DNA of 64,000 bases from positions 96,001 to 160,000 of the forward strand of contig CAVSBO010000008.1 in assembly GCA_963726195.1 (NCBI GenBank), read 5' to 3'. This DNA comes from Candidatus Thorarchaeota archaeon (GTDB taxonomy: Archaea; Asgardarchaeota; Thorarchaeia; Thorarchaeales; Thorarchaeaceae). The position numbers were made by a program, and so were the translations under genes. Positions within the stretch are counted from its first letter, which is position 1; each line of letters begins with the position of its first letter. Of this stretch, positions 23,683 to 34,239 are shown one piece after another. The notes below the pieces were generated by a model, which had not been told where the DNA came from, ran no database searches, and saw nothing but the letters and a program-made list of their open reading frames with translations.

Positions 23683-24610
23683 ATGAAGGAGTCAAGTTTC
23701 GGAGTTCTAAAGGATGACTTGGGCATTAGTTTCAGATTTGCAGCTGAGGAACATCATTTCGTTTGTCTTGGGAATGCTGGGCGTTCTGGTTGTGGCTTTT
23801 ACTCTCATGATGGTGTTAGCGATGATTATATTCGTTCCCATCGTATTGGGCCTAATCTCAGGATTGGGAATGGAGGGAATGATTCAGTTCTTCACATCTT
23901 TCGCGACGACTTGGTCCACTCCCCAAGGGGCCCTGATGTTTGGTGCGTTCATGCTACTTGCAATGTTCATTCTTGGTCCTTTCTTTGTTGCCTTTGGCGC
24001 ACTCTTCGGTATGGCTCGGGAAATAGTCGAAAGCGAGGGAACAACTGCCGGGGGCGTTTTTGCGTGGTACAGAAAGAGGTTCTTCTCTCTTGCAGGAGGC
24101 GGAATCATTCTTTTCACCATTGTCTTGGGGCCGATGATACCGTTGTTCATATGGGTCCCTGGCTTCGCTACCGGCTCATTCGTTGGGCCTACTGCTGCTA
24201 TACTCACAGCTGCTTTCACCCTCTGGGTCATTGTAAGCGCCGGAATGCTGTCGCTGCTATTCCCTGGGATAATCGATGGGCTTTCTGCGCTGGGTGCAGC
24301 GAAGCAATCTCTCAGATTGAGTTGGCGATACTTCGACCGGGTCTTCAGCACGTGGTTGTCTTTCGTCGGGATTCTCCTAGTTACGTTTGTTCCGGCTATA
24401 GTTGTGCCCATGTTTCTAGGGTACAGTGGTCCTTGGGTTGCTGCCTTAGGCACGTTTTCGGGTATCATGGCCATAGTAGACGTGGTTCTGGTTGTGCCAG
24501 CAATGGCAATCGCGCTGAGCAGAGTGTACTTGATTCTCACAGACAACGTTGGAGGAGCCGATACTGTTTCCTCGGAGCGACCTGACTTCAGACTTGTTGG
24601 TGGTGTCTAA
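23683..24610 (+). CDS. Multi-pass membrane protein, paralog of the preceding gene (frameshift near 23740)
   Basis: Shared motifs DDL..SF, G.T.A...F, FP....G, FDRVF. Confidence 0.7.
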
Positions 24611-24612
24611 GA

Positions 24613-25257
24613 GTGGAGCAACCACAGCGAGTAGAGCCGATGAAGGACCTTGAGGTCATAACCGACCCCAGCGTCTTCAAGGTTCTGCTTGAGCCAGTAA
24701 GAGCTGACATTGTGTTCAAGTTCTTGGTCAATGGCGCGATGACTGTCAAGCAGCTGGCAGATGCGCTCGGCAAGAACCCCGGGACTATACTGCATCATAT
24801 AGATGCGCTGAAGAAAGCAGGGTTAGTTGTCCAAGAACGAACACAACTCACGCCAACAGGAATAGTTCAACGTTACTATCGTGCTACCGCAAGAGAGTAC
24901 CGCATGGGTCTTGGTGAGATGATGCAGGCGGATGATGGAGTAGCACGTTTCGCAAAGGAACGTCTCAAGTCTACGGTCTCGTGTCTCTCGGCTTATGGCA
25001 TTGAGATACCAGAGTCTCAGAGTGAACGGGCCATAGACATGCTCGGTCGACTGATCGAACGAGAGAACGTGGTAACTTCGAATATTCCTATCTTGGATGA
25101 GAAGGCGTACCGCAAGCTCCCTTCTTCAGTCAGGAGTGACGCATCGCGAATCATGCGTCGGTTTGCATTGGAAGAGGATTCGCAATATCGAGACCTGAGA
25201 AAGAAGTGGCACAGCTTCCTTCGGTCAAATCAAAAAGGTGGTATGAAGAATGAGTGA
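24613..25257 (+). CDS. ArsR-like winged-helix transcriptional regulator
   Basis: MTVKQLADALGKNPGTILHHIDALKKAGLV, RYYRATA. Confidence 0.85.
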   Translation: MEQPQRVEPMKDLEVITDPSVFKVLLEPVRADIVFKFLVNGAMTVKQLADALGKNPGTILHHIDALKKAGLVVQERTQLTPTGIVQRYYRATAREYRMGLGEMMQADDGVARFAKERLKSTVSCLSAYGIEIPESQSERAIDMLGRLIERENVVTSNIPILDEKAYRKLPSSVRSDASRIMRRFALEEDSQYRDLRKKWHSFLRSNQKGGMKNE

Positions 25258-26008
25258 ATATCATAGGAATACGGGAATGGTTGTATGTATAATCGCAGTA
25301 CTTGCGGTCGGAGCAATCACCGTGGGTGGTCTGACATACTTAGGCTCGACTGGATGGTGGGGAAACTTCAATCCAGCGAAAACTACCTTCACATTCCATG
25401 CTGACGTGGGCAACACCACGGGGGCAGTGCTTCTCGACGTGAAGCTGGCGGCCGGAGGTCTCACCCTGCAATTCGTTGACAATTCTTCACTTCTGTACAG
25501 GATGTCAGTCGTAGTGCAGAACAGCACTCTACAACAATACGGTCCTCCGGCAGTCACCTTCGCTGGAAACAAGATTGCTCTTGACTACACAGCCGCGGGT
25601 GTAAACGTCACCCTAGGTACTGGTGTGAGGTATGCCATTCATGGAAACGTGACCGCAGGTGGCATCTCAGCCACTCTGAATCATGGAGCACGCCTAGCCA
25701 ATATGTCATTGACCTCATCGGCCGGAGGTATCACAGTTGTGACGACCAATCAGATTGTGGTCACAGGAAACGTTCCGGTTGACCTACACACGACTGCTGG
25801 CGGCATTTCCGTTAACGTTGGTCTTCCCACCGGCGTAGGGGGTAGCTTCGACGCCACAGTCACCGCGGGAGGCATCAGCGTGAACGCCCCAAGCTGGACT
25901 CACGTGACACAGAATCACTATGAAACAGCCAACTACAACTCAGCATCAGACAAAGTGACTATAACAGCTGCCACAAACTCCGGCGGAATATCCGCGAATC
26001 TAAGCTAA
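25250..26008 (+). CDS. Membrane-anchored beta-rich protein (DUF4097/LiaG-like)
   Basis: N-terminal TM helix, repeated TAGGI beta motifs. Confidence 0.65.
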   Translation: MSEYHRNTGMVVCIIAVLAVGAITVGGLTYLGSTGWWGNFNPAKTTFTFHADVGNTTGAVLLDVKLAAGGLTLQFVDNSSLLYRMSVVVQNSTLQQYGPPAVTFAGNKIALDYTAAGVNVTLGTGVRYAIHGNVTAGGISATLNHGARLANMSLTSSAGGITVVTTNQIVVTGNVPVDLHTTAGGISVNVGLPTGVGGSFDATVTAGGISVNAPSWTHVTQNHYETANYNSASDKVTITAATNSGGISANLS

Positions 26009-26074
26009 CCGTTGTTTGGAAGGGGAGGCTTTGGCTATGCCTCCTCACATTTTTCTTGTTTGGTTTCTGGCCAA

Positions 26075-27097
26075 CTAGGTGAGCTGACTGCGAACCATTT
26101 TGCTGGCAATGGCCTGCGCCTTGATTGCGTCTTCTGTCCCGAATGATGGTATCTTCCCGTGGAGTACGCAGTCGACGAAGTAGGAGTCAATCTGATAATG
26201 ACCCCACACTTTGGTTCCTTTTTCCTCGAACGTCCATTCTTCTTTCTCAAGGTTTTCCCCTATCAACGTCAATGAATTGTTCGACTTTGCTTGCAGTGTC
26301 TTGCCGTTGCTCCCATAGACCTCCAGAATACTCATCCCCATTCCCGGTGCGACAGTCGAACCATAATGCAATGTCCCAACAGCACCATCTGCCAGCTCGA
26401 TGATACCCACTGTCTGATACCCCTTAAAGCTCTCAAGCCCATCTACCGGAGCATAGTTAGCCGCCCAATGAGCGTTCCTGATTTCGGTACCAAGAAGCCA
26501 TCTGACAAGGTCAATGGACCACACTGAGAGGGTAAAATCGGGAAAGCCGCCGCTCTTCTTCGCGTCCCAAGCCCACGACGTCGACGGCCATTGGTCTGCG
26601 AGATCCTTGGCCGCGATGAATTCCGTGAATGAGACCGCGATTGGTTTTCCGATGGCTCCTCGATCGATGAGGTCCTTCGCCATCACGAAGTTAGGTGTGA
26701 ATCGGAAGTTGAGTACTGGCATCAATAGTACTCCCTTCTTCTCAGCCAGCAATCCCATTTTTCTCGCCTGAGGGATCGTGGTTGCCAGAGGCATCTCGCA
26801 GAGAACGTGCTTGCCCCTTGAGATAGCTTGGGATGCCATCTCAAAATGCTCTGGTGTCGGTACTGCGAGCACGACCGCATGAATCCTAGGGTCGTCCAGA
26901 GCCTCTGCGTAGTCAAGGTAGCAACAGAATCCGTGCTTCTCAGCGAGTTCCTTCGCCGCCTGCTCGCTCCTATGGCCGGGTCGACCAACTATGCCAACAA
27001 CCTCTGCGCCTGGTATCTTTCTGAACGAAGGGACATGAGCACGTTCTCCCACGAAACCTAGTCCTGCAATAGCCACCCCGATTTTCTTCTCTGACAT
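26075..27097 (-). CDS. Gfo/Idh/MocA family oxidoreductase
   Basis: GLGFVG, PTPEH, GKHVLCEMP. Confidence 0.9.
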   Translation of the reverse strand: MSEKKIGVAIAGLGFVGERAHVPSFRKIPGAEVVGIVGRPGHRSEQAAKELAEKHGFCCYLDYAEALDDPRIHAVVLAVPTPEHFEMASQAISRGKHVLCEMPLATTIPQARKMGLLAEKKGVLLMPVLNFRFTPNFVMAKDLIDRGAIGKPIAVSFTEFIAAKDLADQWPSTSWAWDAKKSGGFPDFTLSVWSIDLVRWLLGTEIRNAHWAANYAPVDGLESFKGYQTVGIIELADGAVGTLHYGSTVAPGMGMSILEVYGSNGKTLQAKSNNSLTLIGENLEKEEWTFEEKGTKVWGHYQIDSYFVDCVLHGKIPSFGTEDAIKAQAIASKMVRSQLT

Positions 27098-27211
27098 CCG
27101 TCCATCACTTCTTTCTTGAAATCCCTCAATAGACTAGGTAGCTCAATCTTCCTCTACACCTCAACGAAACATTGCAGGAGCCGGGTACATCCATTCAAGC
27201 CTCAAGAAGGG

Positions 27212-27796
27212 TCATGCCAGATGCACGGCGAACTTGCACTCCTTAGCCCCTGACACCACTGACTCTATGACCTCGACTTTTGGCTTCTTGCCAAGATATG
27301 CCTGCCATATCTCCTCGACAAACCCTCTCGAGCATTGACAGTAGGTTCGCGATACTGTCTGGTCATTGGGAAGCCCCTTGAGCAGACCGCAGAAGCATCG
27401 CACTCCTTGGCCGAAGGAACTTGGCGTGAAGTAGTGGTAGACCATGTTACCTTTTCTTTCAATTCTGGAAGCCTTCCCGGCTGTCTTCTCCTCAGCTGCT
27501 AGGAAATCGTCCAGAGACTTGTACTTCTGTCGCTTCTTTCGGGCATTCTCTATGGTGCTTTTGTGTGCTTGCGCACAGTCATGACCACACCTAACCATGA
27601 TTTCGTTTCTGGTCTCAGGTTTCACGAGACTGTCAAGTCTGTTGATCGCACCTTTTACCCAGAGTGCCACATCCTCGCTGGAGGCCTTTTCAATCGTATC
27701 GCTACCTACCATGAACTTCTTTCGGACATCCTCTCCGGCCAGCAGAGAGATGTTCTTGGCTATCTCTTCAACCATTCCCAGTTCACGTTTCGTCAT
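27212..27796 (-). CDS. Cys-containing DUF6144/V4R-like protein
   Basis: CGHDC, CFC, YCQCSRGF, ESVVSGAKECKF. Confidence 0.65.
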   Translation of the reverse strand: MTKRELGMVEEIAKNISLLAGEDVRKKFMVGSDTIEKASSEDVALWVKGAINRLDSLVKPETRNEIMVRCGHDCAQAHKSTIENARKKRQKYKSLDDFLAAEEKTAGKASRIERKGNMVYHYFTPSSFGQGVRCFCGLLKGLPNDQTVSRTYCQCSRGFVEEIWQAYLGKKPKVEVIESVVSGAKECKFAVHLA

Positions 27797-27939
27797 ATGG
27801 GCACCACCAGAGGCTCTTCGTGGAAGGTCGGCCATTCCCCTTTTTTGCTTATTCCCGACTCGAGCATTGTGCCATATGCATATGCTTATAACTAATGCAC
27901 AATAGTTAACCACAGTGGATTGGAATCCACGGATGTGAA

Positions 27940-28347
27940 ATGATGAAGAACATAGTTGAGACAGTGACCGCAGCTGGAAGCTTCAAGACACTGCTGAAGG
28001 CTGCTCAGGCCGCAGGACTAGTGGACACTCTTACCAAGGGTGGACCTTTCACAGTCTTTGCACCAAGTGACGAAGCATTTGCAAAGCTGCCTGCTGGCAC
28101 AATCGATGGATTGCTTAAGGACAAGAAGAAGCTGACTGCAGTACTGACCTATCACGTCGTACCCGGCAAGATCATGGCAAAGGATGTCATGAAACTGAGA
28201 AAGGCGAAGACTGTTCAAGGTCAGGAGATAACAATCGACACAAAGGCTGGCGTTAAGGTGGACAATGCCAAGGTCGTCAAGACAGATATTGAGGCAACCA
28301 ACGGCGTCATCCACGTCATTGACACAGTCATCATGCCGAAATTGTGA
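27940..28347 (+). CDS. Fasciclin (FAS1) domain protein
   Basis: [27 protein letters not shown]. Confidence 0.95.
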   Translation: MMKNIVETVTAAGSFKTLLKAAQAAGLVDTLTKGGPFTVFAPSDEAFAKLPAGTIDGLLKDKKKLTAVLTYHVVPGKIMAKDVMKLRKAKTVQGQEITIDTKAGVKVDNAKVVKTDIEATNGVIHVIDTVIMPKL

Positions 28348-28367
28348 TAGCAGAGCTTTGAGAGATT

Positions 28368-28409
28368 CAGGGTTTCGTGAACCCTGGATCATCACTCTAT
28401 TTTTTCTGT
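28368..28409 (+). terminator. Hairpin plus T-rich tract after the fasciclin gene
   Basis: CAGGGTT/AACCCTG stem followed by TATTTTTTCT. Confidence 0.5.
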
Positions 28410-28574
28410 TATAATCGGAGTGTCTCTTCTTAGGTCTGTCACATCAAGAGAATGGATGGATTGACTCATACGAATACCGTTCATTCGAATGATTCGTCAG
28501 ACTGAGCGTTTATTAGATGGCTACTCACATCTGTCACTCACTGGTTGATTCATTCCAGCGCGTGGTGAACAGAT

Positions 28575-29210
28575 ATGATGTATTCATGGAAGAGGATTGG
28601 AGCACTCTGTGGAATACTTGGCGGGATTCTGTTCGTCATAATCACGTTCTTGATTATGCTCATCTATCCCGGCGGGTACTCCTTTTTGGGCAACTACTTC
28701 AGCGAGTTGGGTTTGACCGTGACGAATGGTCAGCCATCAATGGCGGATTACTACCTGTTTTCTATTGCATGCACATCAGCTGCAGTGTGCATTGTGTTAT
28801 TCATGTTGTCCATGCGAACTGTTTTCGTTGAAACACCTTTGCTGAAGTACCTCAGTTGGCTGGGCACGATGCTGGGCATTGTAGCCGCACCCTTCCTATC
28901 TTCATTGGCACTCTTCGCAGGCAATGTGTTTCCATATCAGCATGGTTGGTCGACCATCTTGTTTTTCGTGTTGTACTCGATAGCGATTGTGGTGTACTCG
29001 ATTGCCATTCTGTTCAACAAGAGTTACAACAGACTCTATTCGCTTGTCGGCTTCATTGTGGCAGCCATTTGCCTGTTGTACATCTTCTGGCTCGGGTCTG
29101 CTTGGATGCAGAAGCTGGCAGTCTATGCTCTCGTGCTGTGGTCAGCATTCCAAGGCTATAGGTTATTGCAGCTGTTCGGTCAAACCAAGGCGCCGTCTTC
29201 TGCAAGCTGA
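28575..29210 (+). CDS. DUF998-like membrane protein
   Basis: YPGGYSFLGNYFSELG, about 6 TM helices. Confidence 0.7.
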   Translation: MMYSWKRIGALCGILGGILFVIITFLIMLIYPGGYSFLGNYFSELGLTVTNGQPSMADYYLFSIACTSAAVCIVLFMLSMRTVFVETPLLKYLSWLGTMLGIVAAPFLSSLALFAGNVFPYQHGWSTILFFVLYSIAIVVYSIAILFNKSYNRLYSLVGFIVAAICLLYIFWLGSAWMQKLAVYALVLWSAFQGYRLLQLFGQTKAPSSAS

Positions 29211-29320
29211 CAGCCTGAAGCGCTGTTCCGAAAAGGAAAGGCCGATTGGCGGAGTCTTCCGTGTCAACGGGAAATCGCTCTGCTATCGGTCCCTTCCCTT
29301 GAGATGTTTACCAGGGTCTT

Positions 29321-30685
29321 CTAGCCTTGTTGGTATTTGACAATGGCATTGGCTCTCATCGAATCGCGAGCAGTGGTGTACTCTGTGTTCAGTGTGCCAT
29401 CCATCAACGAGGCATAAGCTGTCATGTCGAAGTGGCCGTGCCCTGAGAGATTGAAGAGAATCACTGTCTTCTCGCTTTTCTCCTTTGCTTCAAGAGCTAG
29501 GTCGAATACTGCTTTTATGGCATGAGATGATTCGGGAGCAGGCACGATACCTTCTGTCCTTGCGAAACTGGCTCCTGCGTTCAAGGCATCGACTTGATCG
29601 TAAGCTCTAGGTGTGACCCTGCCTTCCTGTATGAGCGCACTCAGCGTTGGAGCTGACCCGTGATATCGCAAGCCGCCGGCATGTATCTTCGGCGGAATGA
29701 AGTTTGCACCGAGAGTGTACATCTTCAACTTGGGTGTCAAGCCAGCAGTGTCTCCAAAGTCGTAGCGGTATTCGCCTTCAGTGAGCTTAGGGCAAGCCTG
29801 AGCTTCGGCGGCAATGAACTCTGTGTCCTTGAATTTGGGGTCGGCGATAAACGGATATGACAAACCCGCAAAGTTACTGCCACCACCAACGCAGCCGACT
29901 ACATAGTCTGGTTTTGTGTCAATCAGCTCCAGCTGCTTCTTGGCTTCTTGCCCAATGACTGTCTGATGGAGTAGTACGTGGTTAAGGACCGATCCAAGAG
30001 TGTATTTCGTATTCTCGCTGCCAAGCGCATCTTCAAGCGCTTCACTGATTGCGATCCCCAGTGACCCGGGGTGTCCTGGCTGTTCTCGGTTGAGTTTTCT
30101 TCCAAACTCGGTCCTTTCAGAGGGGCTAGGTACAACTTCTGCTCCGTAGAGTCTCATCAGAGTTCCGCGGTATGCTTTCTGCTCGTAGCTAATCCTTACC
30201 ATGTAGATCATTGCCTTGAGACCGAAATGCGAACAGGCAAGGGCGACGGCACTGCCCCATTGACCTGCACCTGTCTCGGTTGTGTATCGTTCCACTCCCT
30301 CTTTCATGGCGTAGTAGCATTGCGCCAACGCGGTATTCGTCTTGTGACTCCCAGTCGGAGAAACGTCCTCCCTCTTGTAGTAGATTCTGGCCGGGGTCTT
30401 CAGCATAGCTTCAAGTCCGTATGCTCTCTGAAGTGGGGTCGGCCTTCCGAAACGGATCATTGCTTCCCTCACTTCGTCAGGGATAGGTATGGTCTTTTGT
30501 TGGGAGACCTCCTGTCGCACGCACTCTCTTGCGAATATCCTCATCAGTGCCTCGGGGTTGACGGGCTCTTCCGTCCTCGGATCTATCGGAGGTGGAAGGG
30601 GGTTCTGCAAATAGGGAACTATGTTCACGAAGCTCTTTGGTGTGTCATCTGGATCCAGCATGATCCTGACTTGCTGTTTTGTCAT
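29321..30685 (-). CDS. trpB2: Tryptophan synthase beta chain type 2 (TrpB2)
   Basis: RPTPL, GSHKTN (PLP lysine), [28 protein letters not shown]. Confidence 0.95.
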   Translation of the reverse strand: MTKQQVRIMLDPDDTPKSFVNIVPYLQNPLPPPIDPRTEEPVNPEALMRIFARECVRQEVSQQKTIPIPDEVREAMIRFGRPTPLQRAYGLEAMLKTPARIYYKREDVSPTGSHKTNTALAQCYYAMKEGVERYTTETGAGQWGSAVALACSHFGLKAMIYMVRISYEQKAYRGTLMRLYGAEVVPSPSERTEFGRKLNREQPGHPGSLGIAISEALEDALGSENTKYTLGSVLNHVLLHQTVIGQEAKKQLELIDTKPDYVVGCVGGGSNFAGLSYPFIADPKFKDTEFIAAEAQACPKLTEGEYRYDFGDTAGLTPKLKMYTLGANFIPPKIHAGGLRYHGSAPTLSALIQEGRVTPRAYDQVDALNAGASFARTEGIVPAPESSHAIKAVFDLALEAKEKSEKTVILFNLSGHGHFDMTAYASLMDGTLNTEYTTARDSMRANAIVKYQQG

Positions 30686-30827
30686 CAATGATTCCTCACA
30701 TTTGTGCTTCCCAAGGACGGCATCCCGTCTGGCCGCTCATGATGGCAATGGCATTCGTTTGGCCGACCATCGAACTGACTAGCCACGGAAGAAAGGAAGC
30801 CGCCAAGAATCACCGCGTGAGCAGTAT

Positions 30828-30890
30828 CTACAAAACGAGCTGAATGGGTCGCTTCAGACCCCTTCCCCATTGGTAGGGACGCACGCTCAT
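30828..30890 (-). CDS. Putative 20-aa leader peptide MSVRPYQWGRGLKRPIQLVL upstream of trpB2
   Basis: GAGGTGA SD-like site before the ATG; one Trp codon; embedded in nested stems. Confidence 0.45.
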   Translation of the reverse strand: MSVRPYQWGRGLKRPIQLVL

Positions 30891-30937
30891 CGCGGTTTTT
30901 CACCTCAGGACTAGGTTCAGTGGTCCACGATGGTCGT

Positions 30938-30984
30938 CTTATAAGCATTGTGCATAATCGTACATTAATGTACATATGTGTGCA
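30938..30984 (-). promoter_or_regulatory. trpB2 TATA box plus array of four TRP-box-like hexamers
   Basis: CTTATAAG; TGTGCA-n4-CGTACA-n4-TGTACA-n4-TGTGCA. Confidence 0.6.
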
Positions 30985-31011
30985 TCAACCGAACTGCCAC
31001 ACTTCTTTCAT

Positions 31012-31240
31012 AAAGAAGCGCCGCGAGAAGACCCCCAACTTCAGTCGGGGGAGGAAACGCCGCCACGGGATATACGAGTTTAAATGTGAGCTTGAGAAGT
31101 GAAATATCGTATCCGACCGTGGCAATGCTGTGGTCGGGAGGGCGCATGTCAACCGCCCGAATGTCGCGCGAAATGACGAGGTAGAGTTCCTACCGCGGAT
31201 CGCAGTGGCAAGCCTACGACTTTGGTCGCGGGTAGTTGGC
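31012..31240 (+). mobile_element. Non-autonomous IS200/IS605 miniature element, copy 2
   Basis: Follows TTCAT; same sequence family as copies 1 and 3; ends GTTGGC. Confidence 0.85.
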
Positions 31241-31283
31241 CTTTCCACAATGCTCAAGCCAATAGAATCTCAAAACGGTTCAC

Positions 31284-32177
31284 GTGCCATCGACTGATCA
31301 AGGCCCTGTTCGCTATGCGGTTCGGGGAGCCAGTGGGGAGTTTGAGCCCCCTTTTCCCATGAGTCCTGAGCAATTAACAAACGGAACGCGCAAGACCGTA
31401 TGCAAGACAGTTGATAAGACCCCGCTCAGGAAGTACACCAGCTTCTACGCTGTTGGCGTCTACGGAGGCATAGCCACTGCCTATTCGGTCGGATGCAACT
31501 TTCGATGTGTGTTCTGCTGGGTGGACTGGTCACGTGACTGGCCCGAAAGATACGGTGGATTCTATTCACCTCAAGAAGTCTACACGAGATTAAGACAAGT
31601 GATGAAGGAGCGGCGTTTCAGAAGGGCAAGAGTGAGCGGCGCAGAACCCACACTATGCCCTGACCATATCTGTTCAATACTGGACTTGGTTCATCAGGAC
31701 TCAAGCGAGTTCGATTTGTTTGTCATTGAGACAAATGGGGTAGTTCTCGGAATGGAACCCGATCTTGCTCCTCGCTTGGCTCGTTATGCCTCAAGAGACC
31801 CGTCGGACGGGACTGTGGGACATGTTCGGCTGTCGATTAGAGGCGGACTTCCTCAGCCTTTCGAGGAGAAGACAGGTTGCAGTCGTGAGTTCCTTGACCT
31901 GCCATTCGTAGCTGCAGAACGACTATGGGATGCTGGAGTCTCATTCCATGTGGCCGTTGTCGTCGACCCCCGATTCACTTCGCAGAGGGAGAAGGATACT
32001 ATCTACGGCCGGCTCGCTAAGATAGATCCGTCAATCAGAAAGAACATCGAGGAGGAGTACCTCGACCCGTATCCTCATGCTCTTGTGAGACTAAGAGCTG
32101 TCGGCAGAGTGGACGTGACTGGTGAGAAGGTGTCCGAAAAGGAGCGGGAGGCTTTGCGAGGAAGACCGCACGATTAG
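31284..32177 (+). CDS. Archaeal radical SAM protein
   Basis: YGGIATA..GCNFRCVFCW, RVSGAEPT, IETNG. Confidence 0.85.
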   Translation: MPSTDQGPVRYAVRGASGEFEPPFPMSPEQLTNGTRKTVCKTVDKTPLRKYTSFYAVGVYGGIATAYSVGCNFRCVFCWVDWSRDWPERYGGFYSPQEVYTRLRQVMKERRFRRARVSGAEPTLCPDHICSILDLVHQDSSEFDLFVIETNGVVLGMEPDLAPRLARYASRDPSDGTVGHVRLSIRGGLPQPFEEKTGCSREFLDLPFVAAERLWDAGVSFHVAVVVDPRFTSQREKDTIYGRLAKIDPSIRKNIEEEYLDPYPHALVRLRAVGRVDVTGEKVSEKEREALRGRPHD

Positions 32178-32248
32178 CATAACCCTAGGTATGCAAATGA
32201 TAATAGGAACGAAACTCCCTCCCGGCGTAGAACTCCAAAGGTGGTTCT

Positions 32249-33706
32249 ATGTTGGGAGTACAAACTCTTCTTTCTCGTGATGATATCGAAGGAATCCATT
32301 CAGGGTCACTCCAACTCCTGGAGAAGACAGGCGTACTCGTGAAGAATGACCGCGCGCTAGAGATTCTCCGGAGTGCAGGATGTGACGTCGAATCCAACAG
32401 GGTGAGGATTCCTTCCGACCTTGTTGAGGCGTCAATCAAGAAAGCTCCGTCGACATTTAACCTGTACTCCCGTGAGCGTACTGTCAGCCTCGCTGTGGGG
32501 GGAGATAACACAATCTTTAATCCGGGTTCGTCGGGCACGGAGTTCCTCGATTCGCGAACCGGAGAGATACGCCCAGCACTGGCAAATGACCTTGTCCAGC
32601 TTGTGAGGATTGCAGATGCCCTCGAGTACATAGATGCCCAGAGCACGTCTGTTGTTCCGTCAGATGTGCCAGTGTCGATGTCGGATTTGTTCCGTCTCTA
32701 TATCGTTCTGAGAAACTCGGACAAGCCAATAATTACAGGCGCATTCACGAAGCAAGGTCTCATCGACATGATGCACATGCTGGAAGCAGTCGCGGGCGGC
32801 AAGGGCGAACTCGCTCAAGCTCCTCGTGCCATTTTCGACTGTTGCCCGACATCGCCCCTTAGCTGGGGTGACGTGGCCTGTCAGAATCTGATTGACTGTG
32901 CAACTAACTCGATTCCTGCGGAGATAATTCCTGCACCAATGATGGGCGCGACCAGTCCAGTCAGTATCTTTGGGACGCTTGTGCAATCGAACGCTGAGAT
33001 TCTAAGTGGCATTGTGATCACGCAGGCCATCAGACCGCGAGCTCCCATTGTCTACGGGGGATCGCTTGCGCTTTTTGACATGAAACGGGCTATGATATGC
33101 CTGGGCGCAATAGAGACCGCGATGGCCGCCTGCGCATCTGCGCAGATTGGAAAGTACCATGGGCTTCCGACCCACGCCTACCTTGGCTTAAGTGAATCGA
33201 AGGTCATCGATGCACAAAGCGGGTTTGAGTCAGGAATCGGTCTCATACTTGCCGCCTTGTCTCGAATCAATGTCGTGTCCGGACCGGGGATGATGGCATT
33301 TGAGAACTGCCTGTCACTTGAGAAGCTCGCGATTGACAACGAGATCTGCGGCATGTCTAGAAGGATAGTACGTGGCATCGAGACCGAGGGCATGGCGACG
33401 ATTCTCGACCTGATGAATGAAGTGGGGCCCGGAGGCGACTTTCTCTCTGCCGATCACACGTTGACGAAACTGCGTCAGGAGCAATTCATGCCCTCTGATG
33501 TGATTTGTAGGCGACCAGTCAACTCATGGAAGGAACACGGGTCAAAGGACAGCCGTGTCAGAGCAAAGGAGAGGGTGGAGAAGATTCTAGCGACTCACAA
33601 TCCTAAACCAATGCCCCGAGAATCCAATGAGCTGCTGGAGAAAACCATGAAAGAGATCCTACGAAGGTACGGAATTCCCGCCAGCGCATTGCCCCGTTAT
33701 GTCTGA
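32249..33706 (+). CDS. Trimethylamine methyltransferase (MttB) superfamily protein, non-pyrrolysine
   Basis: SPL, GATSPVS..G.LVQSNAE.L.G, SKVIDAQSGFES; no in-frame TAG. Confidence 0.9.
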   Translation: MLGVQTLLSRDDIEGIHSGSLQLLEKTGVLVKNDRALEILRSAGCDVESNRVRIPSDLVEASIKKAPSTFNLYSRERTVSLAVGGDNTIFNPGSSGTEFLDSRTGEIRPALANDLVQLVRIADALEYIDAQSTSVVPSDVPVSMSDLFRLYIVLRNSDKPIITGAFTKQGLIDMMHMLEAVAGGKGELAQAPRAIFDCCPTSPLSWGDVACQNLIDCATNSIPAEIIPAPMMGATSPVSIFGTLVQSNAEILSGIVITQAIRPRAPIVYGGSLALFDMKRAMICLGAIETAMAACASAQIGKYHGLPTHAYLGLSESKVIDAQSGFESGIGLILAALSRINVVSGPGMMAFENCLSLEKLAIDNEICGMSRRIVRGIETEGMATILDLMNEVGPGGDFLSADHTLTKLRQEQFMPSDVICRRPVNSWKEHGSKDSRVRAKERVEKILATHNPKPMPRESNELLEKTMKEILRRYGIPASALPRYV

Positions 33707-33864
33707 GATGCGGGACCGATTACCAGGGTCGAAAGCCCGAGATTGCTCTTCCTGCGTACTGAGTAAGCTTTATATATGAATGTTGCACTGTGCTGTGTAA
33801 CGCACAGTAACAGGTGTAGCAAAATGATGTGCAAAGCAGTATACAAGGAGGCGAGTACTGAGCC

Positions 33865-34239
33865 GTGAGCGGTGGATCCGGTCCCGCACAAGAGGAATTC
33901 GAGAGATGGTCCACTGAGGTTAAGAAAGGTGCCGCAGCCCTCGCAATCCTCGCAGTGCTGGAGGAAGGTCGTGCCTATGGTTACGACATCGTGAAGCGTC
34001 TTGGTGAGAAAGTCACATTTCTCCAGCTAGAGCAGGGTACTGTCTATCCTCTGCTTCGGCGTCTTGAGAAGGAGAGGAAACTGTTGGACAGCGAGTGGGA
34101 TTATGCAGACCCGACAAAGCCGAAGAAGTACTACCGCCTTACAGACGAGGGCAAGCGAGCTCTCAAGATGATGGCCGAAACTTGGTCTGTGCTATCGAAT
34201 GAAATGAAACAGATACTCGGGAGTGTTGATGCGCGATGA
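33865..34239 (+). CDS. PadR family regulator
   Basis: YGYDIV, GTVYPLLRRLE, KYYRLTDEG. Confidence 0.9.
   Translation: MSGGSGPAQEEFERWSTEVKKGAAALAILAVLEEGRAYGYDIVKRLGEKVTFLQLEQGTVYPLLRRLEKERKLLDSEWDYADPTKPKKYYRLTDEGKRALKMMAETWSVLSNEMKQILGSVDAR

Noticed and set aside
30690-30940. T-box riboswitch or tRNA-Trp upstream of trpB2
   Set aside because: GAGGTGAAAAACCGCG lacks the UGGN antiterminator bulge, and there is no cloverleaf or TTC T-loop.
30965-31257. Short ORFs overlapping mini-element copy 2
   Set aside because: They are not conserved as ORFs in the other copies and appear incidental.
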